Part shown: positions 11,328 through 19,476 of the stretch, piece by piece
Layout of the letters: each line of letters starts with the position of its first letter
How positions within the stretch are numbered: the first letter of the stretch is position 1
Translations under genes and position numbers: made by a program
The notes under the pieces: model-generated
What the model saw: only the letters and a program-made list of their open reading frames with translations
Database searches by the model: none
Told to the model about the DNA's origin: nothing
Source of the DNA: Acidimicrobiales bacterium
Lineage (GTDB): Bacteria > Actinomycetota > Acidimicrobiia > Acidimicrobiales > SZUA-35
Direction of reading: 5' to 3'
Length of the DNA stretch: 64,000 bases
Assembly: GCA_037969565.1 (NCBI GenBank)
Contig: JBBKXQ010000015.1
Span: forward strand, 40,088-104,087

Positions 11328-12158
11328 TCAGAGATTGGCCGCCAACTCGCTGAGAAGGGCACCGGCTCCGCTCTCGATCGGCGTCCCGTGTCCGACCAAG
11401 ATGGCCTCGACCTCTCGTTGGGCCAGCACTTTGACCGAAGCGTTGGCCGTATCCATGTCCGGCGTGAACTGAGGGTTCGGTCCGGTGAGCACGCCACCAG
11501 GACCGTTGAGAGCGTCGCCCGCAACGAGCAAGCCAGAATCAGGATCGAAGACCGAGATGTGGCCCGGCGTATGACCGGGTGTTCCGATGATTTGCAGTCC
11601 GAAGACCTCGTCCCCGTCGTTGATTGCTCGGATCGAGTCGGTGTCGACTCCCACCAGACCGTCGAGTGCGGGCACATCGGCCGTGCCGGCGTAGGTCGTT
11701 GCGCTTGTTGCGTTCCGGAGTACGTCGCCCAGTCCGCCGACGTGGTCTGGATGTGAATGGGTGAGAATGACATGAGCCACATCAGACCAATCAGCTCCGA
11801 GTTGACCAAGCCCATCCTGAATGAGCGAGAGGTCGCCGCCGAAGCCGGTGTCGACGACAGCCACCTCCTCGCCCCGAATCAACAAGTAGGCCGACACGTT
11901 CGAGAATCTCACCTGCTGCCAGCGGAGCGCGTCGCCGATCGGGCCTTCGCTGGACGGCGTCACAGCGCCGGTGGTGCCCGCGCTCGCGCCGGTGTCCTCG
12001 CTCGACTGGACGTCGCTGCTCCCTGCGCTACTCCCGTCGTTACTGCTCGCCGTGCATCCGGCCAGGCCGATGACCGCAAAGGCGAGGGTGCCTTTGCCGA
12101 GGTCGGCGACGAAGCGCCGACGACCGAGCAATCGAACGGGAGCGATGGGAGTGGACAT
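11328..12158 (-). CDS. MBL-fold metallo-hydrolase, Tat-signal lipoprotein
   Basis: Twin-arginine motif GRRRFV, lipobox LAGC, HxHxDH motif LTHSHPDHVGG. Confidence 0.85.
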   Translation of the reverse strand: MSTPIAPVRLLGRRRFVADLGKGTLAFAVIGLAGCTASSNDGSSAGSSDVQSSEDTGASAGTTGAVTPSSEGPIGDALRWQQVRFSNVSAYLLIRGEEVAVVDTGFGGDLSLIQDGLGQLGADWSDVAHVILTHSHPDHVGGLGDVLRNATSATTYAGTADVPALDGLVGVDTDSIRAINDGDEVFGLQIIGTPGHTPGHISVFDPDSGLLVAGDALNGPGGVLTGPNPQFTPDMDTANASVKVLAQREVEAILVGHGTPIESGAGALLSELAANL

Positions 12159-12181
12159 GAGGGCGTTCCTTCAGTAGCGGG

Positions 12182-13732
12182 TCACAACGTGAGGCCGATG
12201 GCGGTAGCGGCAGAATGATCTCGAATGAAACCCATGAGGCGATGGGCATCATTCCGAGCGAGATCGGGGATCACGACCGATGCCAATTCCGATCGACCGG
12301 CCGCAATCGCTTCGATCGTGACCAGGCCGAGCCGGCGTTGGAAGAACGATTCTCTCGACGAGAGCTTCTGCACCTTGTCGAGGTCGAGCAGGGTCACCCG
12401 TTGAAAGACGACCCCACTGACCACGAGCAGCTGACCATGGTCAACTGCGTACCCGAGGTGCTCGAACCGGGACCGAGCGAACCAACCGGCTACGAGCACG
12501 CCAAACACGAAGAGGACCAAGCCGATCCTGACATCGAACAAGGCAACGACGCCCCCGCCGACGAGTCCGAGGATCAGACCCCGGAGGAACACTCGGCGCA
12601 CGGTGAGCGGGCTCACACGCTGGGCATCCTGTTCCCGGGGGAAATCACGGTCGACCAGTTGGGCCACGAGATCGGGCCAGGTGCCCACCGGTTGGGCCGG
12701 ACTGAGAAAGCGAGTGACGTCTCCCCCGAGCAAATCCAGATCGGCTGTCTCGAATCGCAAGCGCTCGTAGCCCAACTGCGACAGAACGGGAGTGCGTTCG
12801 ACGGAGACCGACTGGATGCGACTCAGCCGGGTGGAGATCTGCTGTTCGGACAGCATCCCCGCTCGAAGCCGAAGTTCGTCCCCCACTCGCCACAACCGGA
12901 ACTTGCCGAGCGAGACCGAGGACCCGATGACGATGAGAGGAGCCAGACCCACGAGACCCAGCAATTCGGGGGGAATTCGACCGAACCAACCCAGCCGTTC
13001 GGTCAACACAACCGCCAGGACGACGGCGGGAACCGCCACGACGAGTTGGGTGGCGAAGATGCCCAGCCGAGCGATGACAACCGCCTGAAATGAGGGCGCG
13101 GCGAGGACGATCGATTCGACCGGCGACGGAGGCGGCGGAGGCATTCGGCTCGGTGGATGAACCGGGATCGCCTCTGCTGAACCCATCTGGGCGATCAACC
13201 GATCGATGGAGAGCTGAGCAGGCTCGCCAACCGAACCTGCCGGGTTCGAGCCCGCATTGTCGGTGGGCCGAAGGATGGCGGCCAGACGATCACCCTCGGC
13301 ACCGTCGACGTAACGCATCGTGATGTCGCCTCCTGATGCGTCCGAGATCTGCAGTTGCGTCATACCAACCAGTCGGGCCAGGAAAGGCGTCGATTGACTC
13401 ACGTTCTGGATCCGAGCGCGAGGCATGACCTGCTTGCGGCGCCGGAAGAGTCCGTACTCGTAACGAACGGCCTCGGGATCGACTCGGTATCGAGTGGTGA
13501 ACCAGCGAACCCCGGCCGAGCCGAAGGCTCCAACGACGAACAGATATTCGAGCAGGTCGGCGAATCCGCCACCTCCGTCGCTTCCGGCTGCGCCGATGCG
13601 GACCAAGACGAGAGCGAAGACAATCTGACGAATGGCAGTCAAGAACTCGAACAACAGGGTCACCGGGTGAACCCGCCGCCAATCGACCGAGCTCGTCGCC
13701 TCCAACTCAGAGATCGCCATCGGCCAGCTCAT
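12182..13732 (-). CDS. YdbT-like membrane protein with repeated bacterial PH (bPH_2/DUF304) domains
   Basis: About 515 aa with alternating TM hairpins and PH-like modules (YRVDPEAVRYEYGLFRRRKQVMPRARIQNV, and a similar C-terminal module). The start is ambiguous (TTG 13747, ATG 13732 or ATG 13720). Confidence 0.7.
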   Translation of the reverse strand: MSWPMAISELEATSSVDWRRVHPVTLLFEFLTAIRQIVFALVLVRIGAAGSDGGGGFADLLEYLFVVGAFGSAGVRWFTTRYRVDPEAVRYEYGLFRRRKQVMPRARIQNVSQSTPFLARLVGMTQLQISDASGGDITMRYVDGAEGDRLAAILRPTDNAGSNPAGSVGEPAQLSIDRLIAQMGSAEAIPVHPPSRMPPPPPSPVESIVLAAPSFQAVVIARLGIFATQLVVAVPAVVLAVVLTERLGWFGRIPPELLGLVGLAPLIVIGSSVSLGKFRLWRVGDELRLRAGMLSEQQISTRLSRIQSVSVERTPVLSQLGYERLRFETADLDLLGGDVTRFLSPAQPVGTWPDLVAQLVDRDFPREQDAQRVSPLTVRRVFLRGLILGLVGGGVVALFDVRIGLVLFVFGVLVAGWFARSRFEHLGYAVDHGQLLVVSGVVFQRVTLLDLDKVQKLSSRESFFQRRLGLVTIEAIAAGRSELASVVIPDLARNDAHRLMGFIRDHSAATAIGLTL

Positions 13733-14162
13733 CTCTGATCCACGCAACCGTCTCGAGGTCGAGATGGGGAATGAGAAGGTTCGGAGATCGGGCCCCAGCC
13801 GTGTGCACCGTCAAGGTCGTGAGCCCGAGCAACCGGTCGATTGGTCCGTCGTCGGTCGTGATCGTTTGCACCCGATTTCGAGCCACCACGGCGCGGCGAT
13901 GCGTGACCACGCCCCATCGAGCTTCGATCGATTTCTCGTCCAGCCCGAACGACCATGTGCGGTAGCGCAGACCGGCGACGGCGAATCCGATTGCGGTCAC
14001 CACCAATCCACCTATCAGCGGAGCGAGCCAGAACCAGCCGACGGAAACGTCGGCCCGGTCCAACCAGACGGCCACGATCAAGCCGCCGGCGAGAACTCCG
14101 AGGCCTGCGACCAATGACAGCCCACGCCAGAGACGAAGCACACTCGAAGGAAGTTGTTGCAT
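13707..14162 (-). CDS. YdbS-like PH-domain (bPH_2) membrane protein
   Basis: Internal ATG (residue 72) of the track ORF. Two TMs followed by YRTWSFGLDEKSIEARWGVVTHRRAVVARNRVQTITTDDGPIDRLLGLTTLTVHTAG. Overlaps the downstream YdbT-like gene. Confidence 0.7.
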   Translation of the reverse strand: MQQLPSSVLRLWRGLSLVAGLGVLAGGLIVAVWLDRADVSVGWFWLAPLIGGLVVTAIGFAVAGLRYRTWSFGLDEKSIEARWGVVTHRRAVVARNRVQTITTDDGPIDRLLGLTTLTVHTAGARSPNLLIPHLDLETVAWIRDELADGDL

Positions 14163-14176
14163 TCCGCTTCCGCCGA

Positions 14177-14917
14177 TCAAACCACGGCGCCGAGCCAACT
14201 CCCGATCAACCACGTGACGGCACAGGCGCCGACGGCCCAGGAAACCTGCCGCAGAATCGTGCGGAAGGTCGAGCGTTCGGTGAAATACGCGAGCGTTGCG
14301 CCAACGGCGGCCACCGCCAGCAGTCCGAGGAGCGACGACAAGATCACCCCCGAGTTTCCTTCGGTGAAGAACCATGGCATGAGCGGAATCACGGCCCCGA
14401 CCGCAAACGCCAGGAAAGACGCGAGGGCAGCTTGAGCCGGATCGCCGGTTTCCGAAGGATCGATACCCAGTTCCTCGCGGGCGTGGACTTCAAGCGCAAC
14501 CTTCGGGTCAGCCATGACTGCCTCGGCCATCTGATCAGCATGTTCACGCCCGATCCCGCGCTCGCGGTAGATGGCGGCGAGTTCGTTCCTCTCGGCCAGC
14601 GGCTGCCTGGCAATCGATTGAGCTTCGATGGCGAGCTCGCGCTCCACCAGTTCAGATTGCGCTTTCATCGAGACGTATTCGCCGGCTGCCATCGAGGATG
14701 CACCAGCCAGCAGTCCGGCCACGCCGGCCACCAGAACGCTCGAGCCTTGCGACGACGCGGCGGCGACACCGAGAATGAGCGCAACATTCGACACGAGTCC
14801 GTCGCTGACACCAAAAACTGCGGCTCGAGCTGCTCCGCCGGACACGTCCCTGTGGCGGTGGACGTGGTGGGAAGGTGGTCCATGATCATGATCGTGGGTG
14901 ACAACGCTTTCAGCCAT
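14177..14917 (-). CDS. VIT1/CCC1-family Fe/Mn transporter with a His-rich N-terminal tail
   Basis: Internal ATG (residue 165) of track ORF 14177..15409. N-terminus THDHDHGPPSHHVHRH, then FGVSDGLVSNVALILGVAAA, GEYVSMKAQSE and C-terminal TMs. Confidence 0.8.
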   Translation of the reverse strand: MAESVVTHDHDHGPPSHHVHRHRDVSGGAARAAVFGVSDGLVSNVALILGVAAASSQGSSVLVAGVAGLLAGASSMAAGEYVSMKAQSELVERELAIEAQSIARQPLAERNELAAIYRERGIGREHADQMAEAVMADPKVALEVHAREELGIDPSETGDPAQAALASFLAFAVGAVIPLMPWFFTEGNSGVILSSLLGLLAVAAVGATLAYFTERSTFRTILRQVSWAVGACAVTWLIGSWLGAVV

Positions 14918-15016
14918 GACTGAACGATAACGGGCACGGTGTACGGCCACCCGACCCAACCCTGTTCGAGCGGCCGGACCGGCGTTGGGCCTGACAAAAA
15001 CGCCTACTATGGAACC

Positions 15017-15682
15017 ATGTCGTCGTACACCTCTCCAGAACACCACCCGGCGTTCGAGGAATACTGCGAGACGATCTTCGAACTCGAGGAAGACGGAGTA
15101 CGGGTCATCCAGGCCCGAATCGTGGAACGACTCGGTGTTTCTCGACCCGCCGTCTCGGAGATGATCAAACGTATGGACGCCGAGGGCCTCGTGACATTCG
15201 GCAACGAAATCGTGCTCACCGACCGAGGTCGCAGCCTCGCCAGCACCATGGTGCGGCGACACCGACTGGCCGAGCGTTTCCTCACCGATGTGCTCCACCT
15301 CTCTTGGGCCAGCGCGCATCATGAGGCCGGAAAGTGGGAACACGTGATCAGCCCCGAGGTCGAGGACGCCATCGCCGGACTGCTCGAGAATCCCACCACC
15401 TGCCCCCATGGCAACCCGATCCCTGGCAGCGGGTTCGAGGCGACGGCATTGCGCTCACTACGAGAGGTGGCGGTGGGAGCCGATTTCGTCGTGGCCCGGA
15501 TTCCTGAAGAGCTCGAGTTCGAAGCGGGCATGCTCGAGTTCTTGGAGGCGTCGGAACTCATGCCGGGAACCGAGGGGTCGATCATTGCCATCTCCCCGGA
15601 CGGAACCACCACCGTTGACATCAACGGTTCGGCGGTGGGTCTCGGTTCTTTCGTCGTCGACCGCATCCTCGTCAACGCCTGA
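15017..15682 (+). CDS. DtxR/IdeR/MntR-family metal-dependent transcriptional regulator with a C-terminal SH3-like (FeoA) domain
   Basis: YCETIFELEEDG...RIVERLGVSRPAVSEMIKRMDAEGLV...RRHRLAERFLTDVL...EAGKWEHVISPEVEDAI...CPHGNPIP. Divergent from the VIT gene. Confidence 0.85.
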   Translation: MSSYTSPEHHPAFEEYCETIFELEEDGVRVIQARIVERLGVSRPAVSEMIKRMDAEGLVTFGNEIVLTDRGRSLASTMVRRHRLAERFLTDVLHLSWASAHHEAGKWEHVISPEVEDAIAGLLENPTTCPHGNPIPGSGFEATALRSLREVAVGADFVVARIPEELEFEAGMLEFLEASELMPGTEGSIIAISPDGTTTVDINGSAVGLGSFVVDRILVNA

Positions 15683-15775
15683 ACCCGATCTGGCGTCCAA
15701 CTGTGACGAAGGTCCCGCCGTGGTGCACAATGTGGCGCTGTCCAAAGCAACGTCCAAACCTTCAGGAGCACAGAC

Positions 15776-18076
15776 ATGACCGACGTCAAAGGGTCGATTC
15801 TCGGCAACGCAGTTCTTCGGAAGGAAGATCCGCGGTTGCTGCTGGGGAACGATCGCTACTACGACGATCTCGACATCGAGGGTGTTGCCTACGTGCATTT
15901 CGTTCGGTCGCCCTATGCCCATGCCACCATGTCTTCTCCCGACATCTCCGAGGCAGCCGCAATGCCTGGGGTACTCGGTGTCTACACCGCCGAGACACTC
16001 GCAATGACGCCGTATCTGGGCTTTCCCATGTACCCGCCCCACGTGTCTCGCCCGCCCCTGGCCACCGGCAAGGTTCGCTTCGTCGGCGACATCGTGGCCG
16101 CCGTCGTTGCCACGTCGCGGGCTGAAGCCGAAGACGCGGCCGAACTGGTGTCGGTCGACTACGAACCGCTTCCGGTCGTCACGAATGCCGAGGAAGCACT
16201 GAAGGACGGTGCCCCGATCTTGTTCGACGAGCACGGCTCCAACATGATCTTCGAAACCGGGGTCGGGCTCGACGACGGTGACCCGCTCGAGGGAGCCGAC
16301 CAAATCGTCGAGGGCAGGGTCTACAGCCAGCGTCTGGCCGGTGTCCCCATGGAGCCCAATGGTTGCGTGGCCGTTCCCGATGGCGATCACCTCACGGTGT
16401 GGATCCCCAGCCAGAATGCCGTGGCCGTTCGCGACGTGATCGTCGCACAGTGCGGACTCGACTCCGAGAAGACCCGCGTGGCGGCGCCTGCTGTCGGCGG
16501 AGGCTTCGGCCCCAAGGCGGGCGCCTACGTCGAACATTTTCTCACCGTTGCCCTTGCCAAGGAACTGAACCTTCCCGTGAAGTGGACCGAAGTCCGAAGC
16601 GAAAACATGGTTTCGCTCGCGCACGGTCGAGACATCGTCTTGACCACGCAGATGGGCTTCACCAACGACGGCGTGATCACCGGCATGAACTGTGAGGCGG
16701 TCGCCGACGGCGGGGCCTACCCCGCGATCGGAGCGTTCCTCACCGTCTTCACGCAGATGATGATCCAAGGTGTCTACAACATTCCGAAGCTTCGATATCA
16801 CGCACGTTCGGCGATGACCAACACCACCCCCACTGCTGCCTATCGAGGGGCCGGCCGTCCCGAGGCCACGCAGATGCTCGAACGAGTGATCGACATGGCG
16901 GCCGATCAACTCGGCATCGATCCCGCGGAGATTCGTCGCAAGAACTTTCTGCAGCCCGAGCAGTTCCCGTTCGCAACTCACGGCGGCACCAACTACGACA
17001 ACGGTGAGTACGAGCAAACACTCGATGCCGCCCTCGAGGCTTCGGGTTACCAAGACCTGCTCGCGCAGCAAGCCGAGCGCCGCGCCTCAGACAGCTCGAA
17101 GCACCTCGGAATCGGCATCGCCTCCTACGTCGAGGTCACGGCCCCGGCGGGTCTCCACGTCGAATACGGAGCGGTCGAGATCAACGAAGATGGCACGGTG
17201 AACGCACGCGTCGGCACCAGCTCACACGGCCAGGGCCACGAAACAGCGTTCGCCATGATCGTCAGCGACATGTTGGGGGTGTCGATGGACGATGTCACCC
17301 TGTTCCAGTCCGACACCGATGAGATCCCTCGGGGCGCAGGCACGATGGGTTCCCGCTCGTTGCAGACGGCGGGGTCGGCGGTGCACATCGCCAGCGAGCA
17401 GGTGCTCGAAAAGGCACGCAAACTCGCAGCCCATCTTCTCGAAGCCAGCGAAACCGACATCGAGAAGGCGGAAGGAGGTTTGCAGGTGGCCGGAGTTCCC
17501 AGCTCGAACCTCTCGTGGGCCGACCTCGCGAAGGCGGCCAATGATCCATCGAAACTTCCCGAAGGCATGGAAGCTGGGCTCAGCCACGAACTCGACTTCG
17601 ATGGGTCTGACGCCACCTTCCCGTTCGGCACCCATGTGTCATTCGTCGAGGTCGACAGCGATACCGGCGCCGTCACGATGTTGCGCCACATCGCCGTCGA
17701 CGACTGCGGCAAGATCCTCAACCCGATGCTCGTCACCGGTCAGCAACACGGAGGCATCGCACAGGGAGCAGCCCAGGCACTCTTCGAGCAGGTCATGTAC
17801 GACGATCAGGGCAACCCGATCACGTCGAACCTCATGGACTATGCAATTCCGTCAGCCGCGGAACTGATCAGTTTCGAGACCAGCAACACCCAGACGCCGT
17901 CTCCCCGGAACCCGCTCGGAGCAAAGGGCATCGGCGAGTCGGGCACCATCGGCTCGACTCCGGCGATCCACAACGCCGTGATCGACGCCGTCAGCCATCT
18001 CGGTGTGCGGCACATCGACATGCCACTCACCGCAGAGAAGGTCTGGCGTTCCATCCAGGACGCCTCGGCCTCCTGA
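15776..18076 (+). CDS. Molybdopterin-binding large subunit of the xanthine dehydrogenase / CO dehydrogenase family (form-II CoxL-like)
   Basis: 766 aa. LRKEDPRLLLGNDRYYDDL at the N-terminus. The active-site loop AAYRGAGRPEA is the form-II type, not the AYXCSFR motif of true CO dehydrogenases. Confidence 0.85.
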   Translation: MTDVKGSILGNAVLRKEDPRLLLGNDRYYDDLDIEGVAYVHFVRSPYAHATMSSPDISEAAAMPGVLGVYTAETLAMTPYLGFPMYPPHVSRPPLATGKVRFVGDIVAAVVATSRAEAEDAAELVSVDYEPLPVVTNAEEALKDGAPILFDEHGSNMIFETGVGLDDGDPLEGADQIVEGRVYSQRLAGVPMEPNGCVAVPDGDHLTVWIPSQNAVAVRDVIVAQCGLDSEKTRVAAPAVGGGFGPKAGAYVEHFLTVALAKELNLPVKWTEVRSENMVSLAHGRDIVLTTQMGFTNDGVITGMNCEAVADGGAYPAIGAFLTVFTQMMIQGVYNIPKLRYHARSAMTNTTPTAAYRGAGRPEATQMLERVIDMAADQLGIDPAEIRRKNFLQPEQFPFATHGGTNYDNGEYEQTLDAALEASGYQDLLAQQAERRASDSSKHLGIGIASYVEVTAPAGLHVEYGAVEINEDGTVNARVGTSSHGQGHETAFAMIVSDMLGVSMDDVTLFQSDTDEIPRGAGTMGSRSLQTAGSAVHIASEQVLEKARKLAAHLLEASETDIEKAEGGLQVAGVPSSNLSWADLAKAANDPSKLPEGMEAGLSHELDFDGSDATFPFGTHVSFVEVDSDTGAVTMLRHIAVDDCGKILNPMLVTGQQHGGIAQGAAQALFEQVMYDDQGNPITSNLMDYAIPSAAELISFETSNTQTPSPRNPLGAKGIGESGTIGSTPAIHNAVIDAVSHLGVRHIDMPLTAEKVWRSIQDASAS

Positions 18077-18090
18077 CGTCGAAGAACTCA

Positions 18091-18117
18091 CCGGCACCGC
18101 GTTGCGTGCGGTGCCGG
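18091..18117. terminator. Bidirectional hairpin between convergent genes
   Basis: ccggcaccgc gttgcgt gcggtgccgg, a 10-bp GC stem. Confidence 0.55.
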
Positions 18118-18121
18118 AGAG

Positions 18122-19345
18122 TCAGTCGATCGAGCCGGCGAGGACTACTCGGCCTTGGAACACTTGGCCAATGAAAACCGTCTTCCTCGGGGTGGCAGAT
18201 CCCTCATAGCTCAGCGTCGATGTCAGAGCGGAGATGTCGTTCGTGTTGGCGATGGCCGGCCCGAGCCGCGTTGGGTCGGCGAGACCGTACGCATCGATCG
18301 CCGCAGCAATCACCGTCACAGCGTCGACGGCGACGGCCGCGAGCCATGGAAGGTCGAAGGATTGTCCGGCCCAGGCCGCATGAGATGCTTCGAGCTGTCG
18401 GTACCGAGGGTTGCCGTTCAGTGCTGCGTGTGCAGTGAGAAAGACCCCCTCGGTCGCCGCGAGCTCACCGATGGTTCCGGTGCCCAAATCGAGACTGATG
18501 ATTGCGGGGCTGAAACCGGCGATCGACAACTGCTCACGGAGACCCGGAAGTTCGAGCGGGTCCAGCGCGCTGAAGACGACGTCGATGTCGGGCGATGACG
18601 CGAAGGTGGCAACGACATCGGAAAACCCGTCATCGGGTCGAACGGTGACACGAGGAAGCGATCGACCCGATCGGGCGAACACGTCAGTGATTGCGTCGAG
18701 GTCGGTCCCTTCCGGGAGTGCCTCCGATGGGCCAACGGCGACGGCGCTGATCCAGCCCTGGAGTTCGGCGAACCGCACTGATGCGTCGGCCTGCCGCTCG
18801 AAATCCATGGAGACCAGGTAGGACTGGTCGGCGAGCTGCGCCAGGCCGGCGTCCATCGAGCCGACCCAGATCACCGGCAACTGGCCGCTGAACGTCGATC
18901 GGATTCGATCCGCAACCACGCTGAACCTCGTGCCGAGCACGATGTCGGCCCCGCCATCGATCAGGCTCTGGGCCGCCCTCTCGGCGCTCTCGAGGTCTCC
19001 GGAGACGTCGACGACATCGAGTGAAACCGGCAATCCGTTGAACCCACCCGAACAGTTGATCTGCTGCACCACGAGCTGAACGGCACTGACCGCCGAATGA
19101 TCGTTGCCATTGGGCCGGTCCGAGAGATCGGCGGCGTACCCGATGTGCAGCCCGTCGCCAAGCAGCGGAGCAGCACAATTGGGGTCGGCGGCGAGCGCCG
19201 CATCGAGATCCCACCCGGACGCCTCGACGAGGGCGACCTGGTCCGGTGCGGCCGTCGTCGCCACCTCCTCGGTACACGAGGTGGTGAACACGACCAAACC
19301 AAACACGGTGGCACACGCTCTGACGAAGGGACTCATGCACCTCAT
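18122..19345 (-). CDS. ABC-type substrate-binding lipoprotein, LivK/branched-chain amino-acid-binding-like (type I PBP)
   Basis: Lipobox VVFTTSC. About 400 aa with a periplasmic-binding-protein-like composition. No adjacent permease or ATPase genes. Confidence 0.65.
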   Translation of the reverse strand: MRCMSPFVRACATVFGLVVFTTSCTEEVATTAAPDQVALVEASGWDLDAALAADPNCAAPLLGDGLHIGYAADLSDRPNGNDHSAVSAVQLVVQQINCSGGFNGLPVSLDVVDVSGDLESAERAAQSLIDGGADIVLGTRFSVVADRIRSTFSGQLPVIWVGSMDAGLAQLADQSYLVSMDFERQADASVRFAELQGWISAVAVGPSEALPEGTDLDAITDVFARSGRSLPRVTVRPDDGFSDVVATFASSPDIDVVFSALDPLELPGLREQLSIAGFSPAIISLDLGTGTIGELAATEGVFLTAHAALNGNPRYRQLEASHAAWAGQSFDLPWLAAVAVDAVTVIAAAIDAYGLADPTRLGPAIANTNDISALTSTLSYEGSATPRKTVFIGQVFQGRVVLAGSID

Positions 19346-19476
19346 CCGTCGGCAATTGCACCGGAAAAGCGAGCGATCGGCGTCGGATTCGGGCCCATCA
19401 CCGGTCGAGGTACCCTTTTCTGAGGAAACCTCGTCGGAGGTTTCAAGATCGCAGTGGCAGGAGACGACAGTATTTC

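Noticed and set aside
14918-15016. IdeR/DtxR 19-bp iron box or yybP-ykoY Mn riboswitch in the VIT/DtxR control region.
   Set aside because: Manual comparison with TTAGGTTAGGCTAACCTAA gave only 4-6 matching positions. There is no GGGGAGUAG-type riboswitch core, and only a weak GGCGTT-N12-AACGCC inverted repeat is present.
15458-17071. 537-aa minus-strand ORF. There are similar long antisense ORFs at 20773..21987, 46650..48008, 49352..50233, 53503..54540, 5320..6342 and 10026..10871.
   Set aside because: Each lies antisense to a gene with unambiguous family motifs. Their translations are Arg/Gly/Asp/His-rich and of low information, with no recognisable domain. This is the typical shadow-ORF artefact of high-GC DNA.
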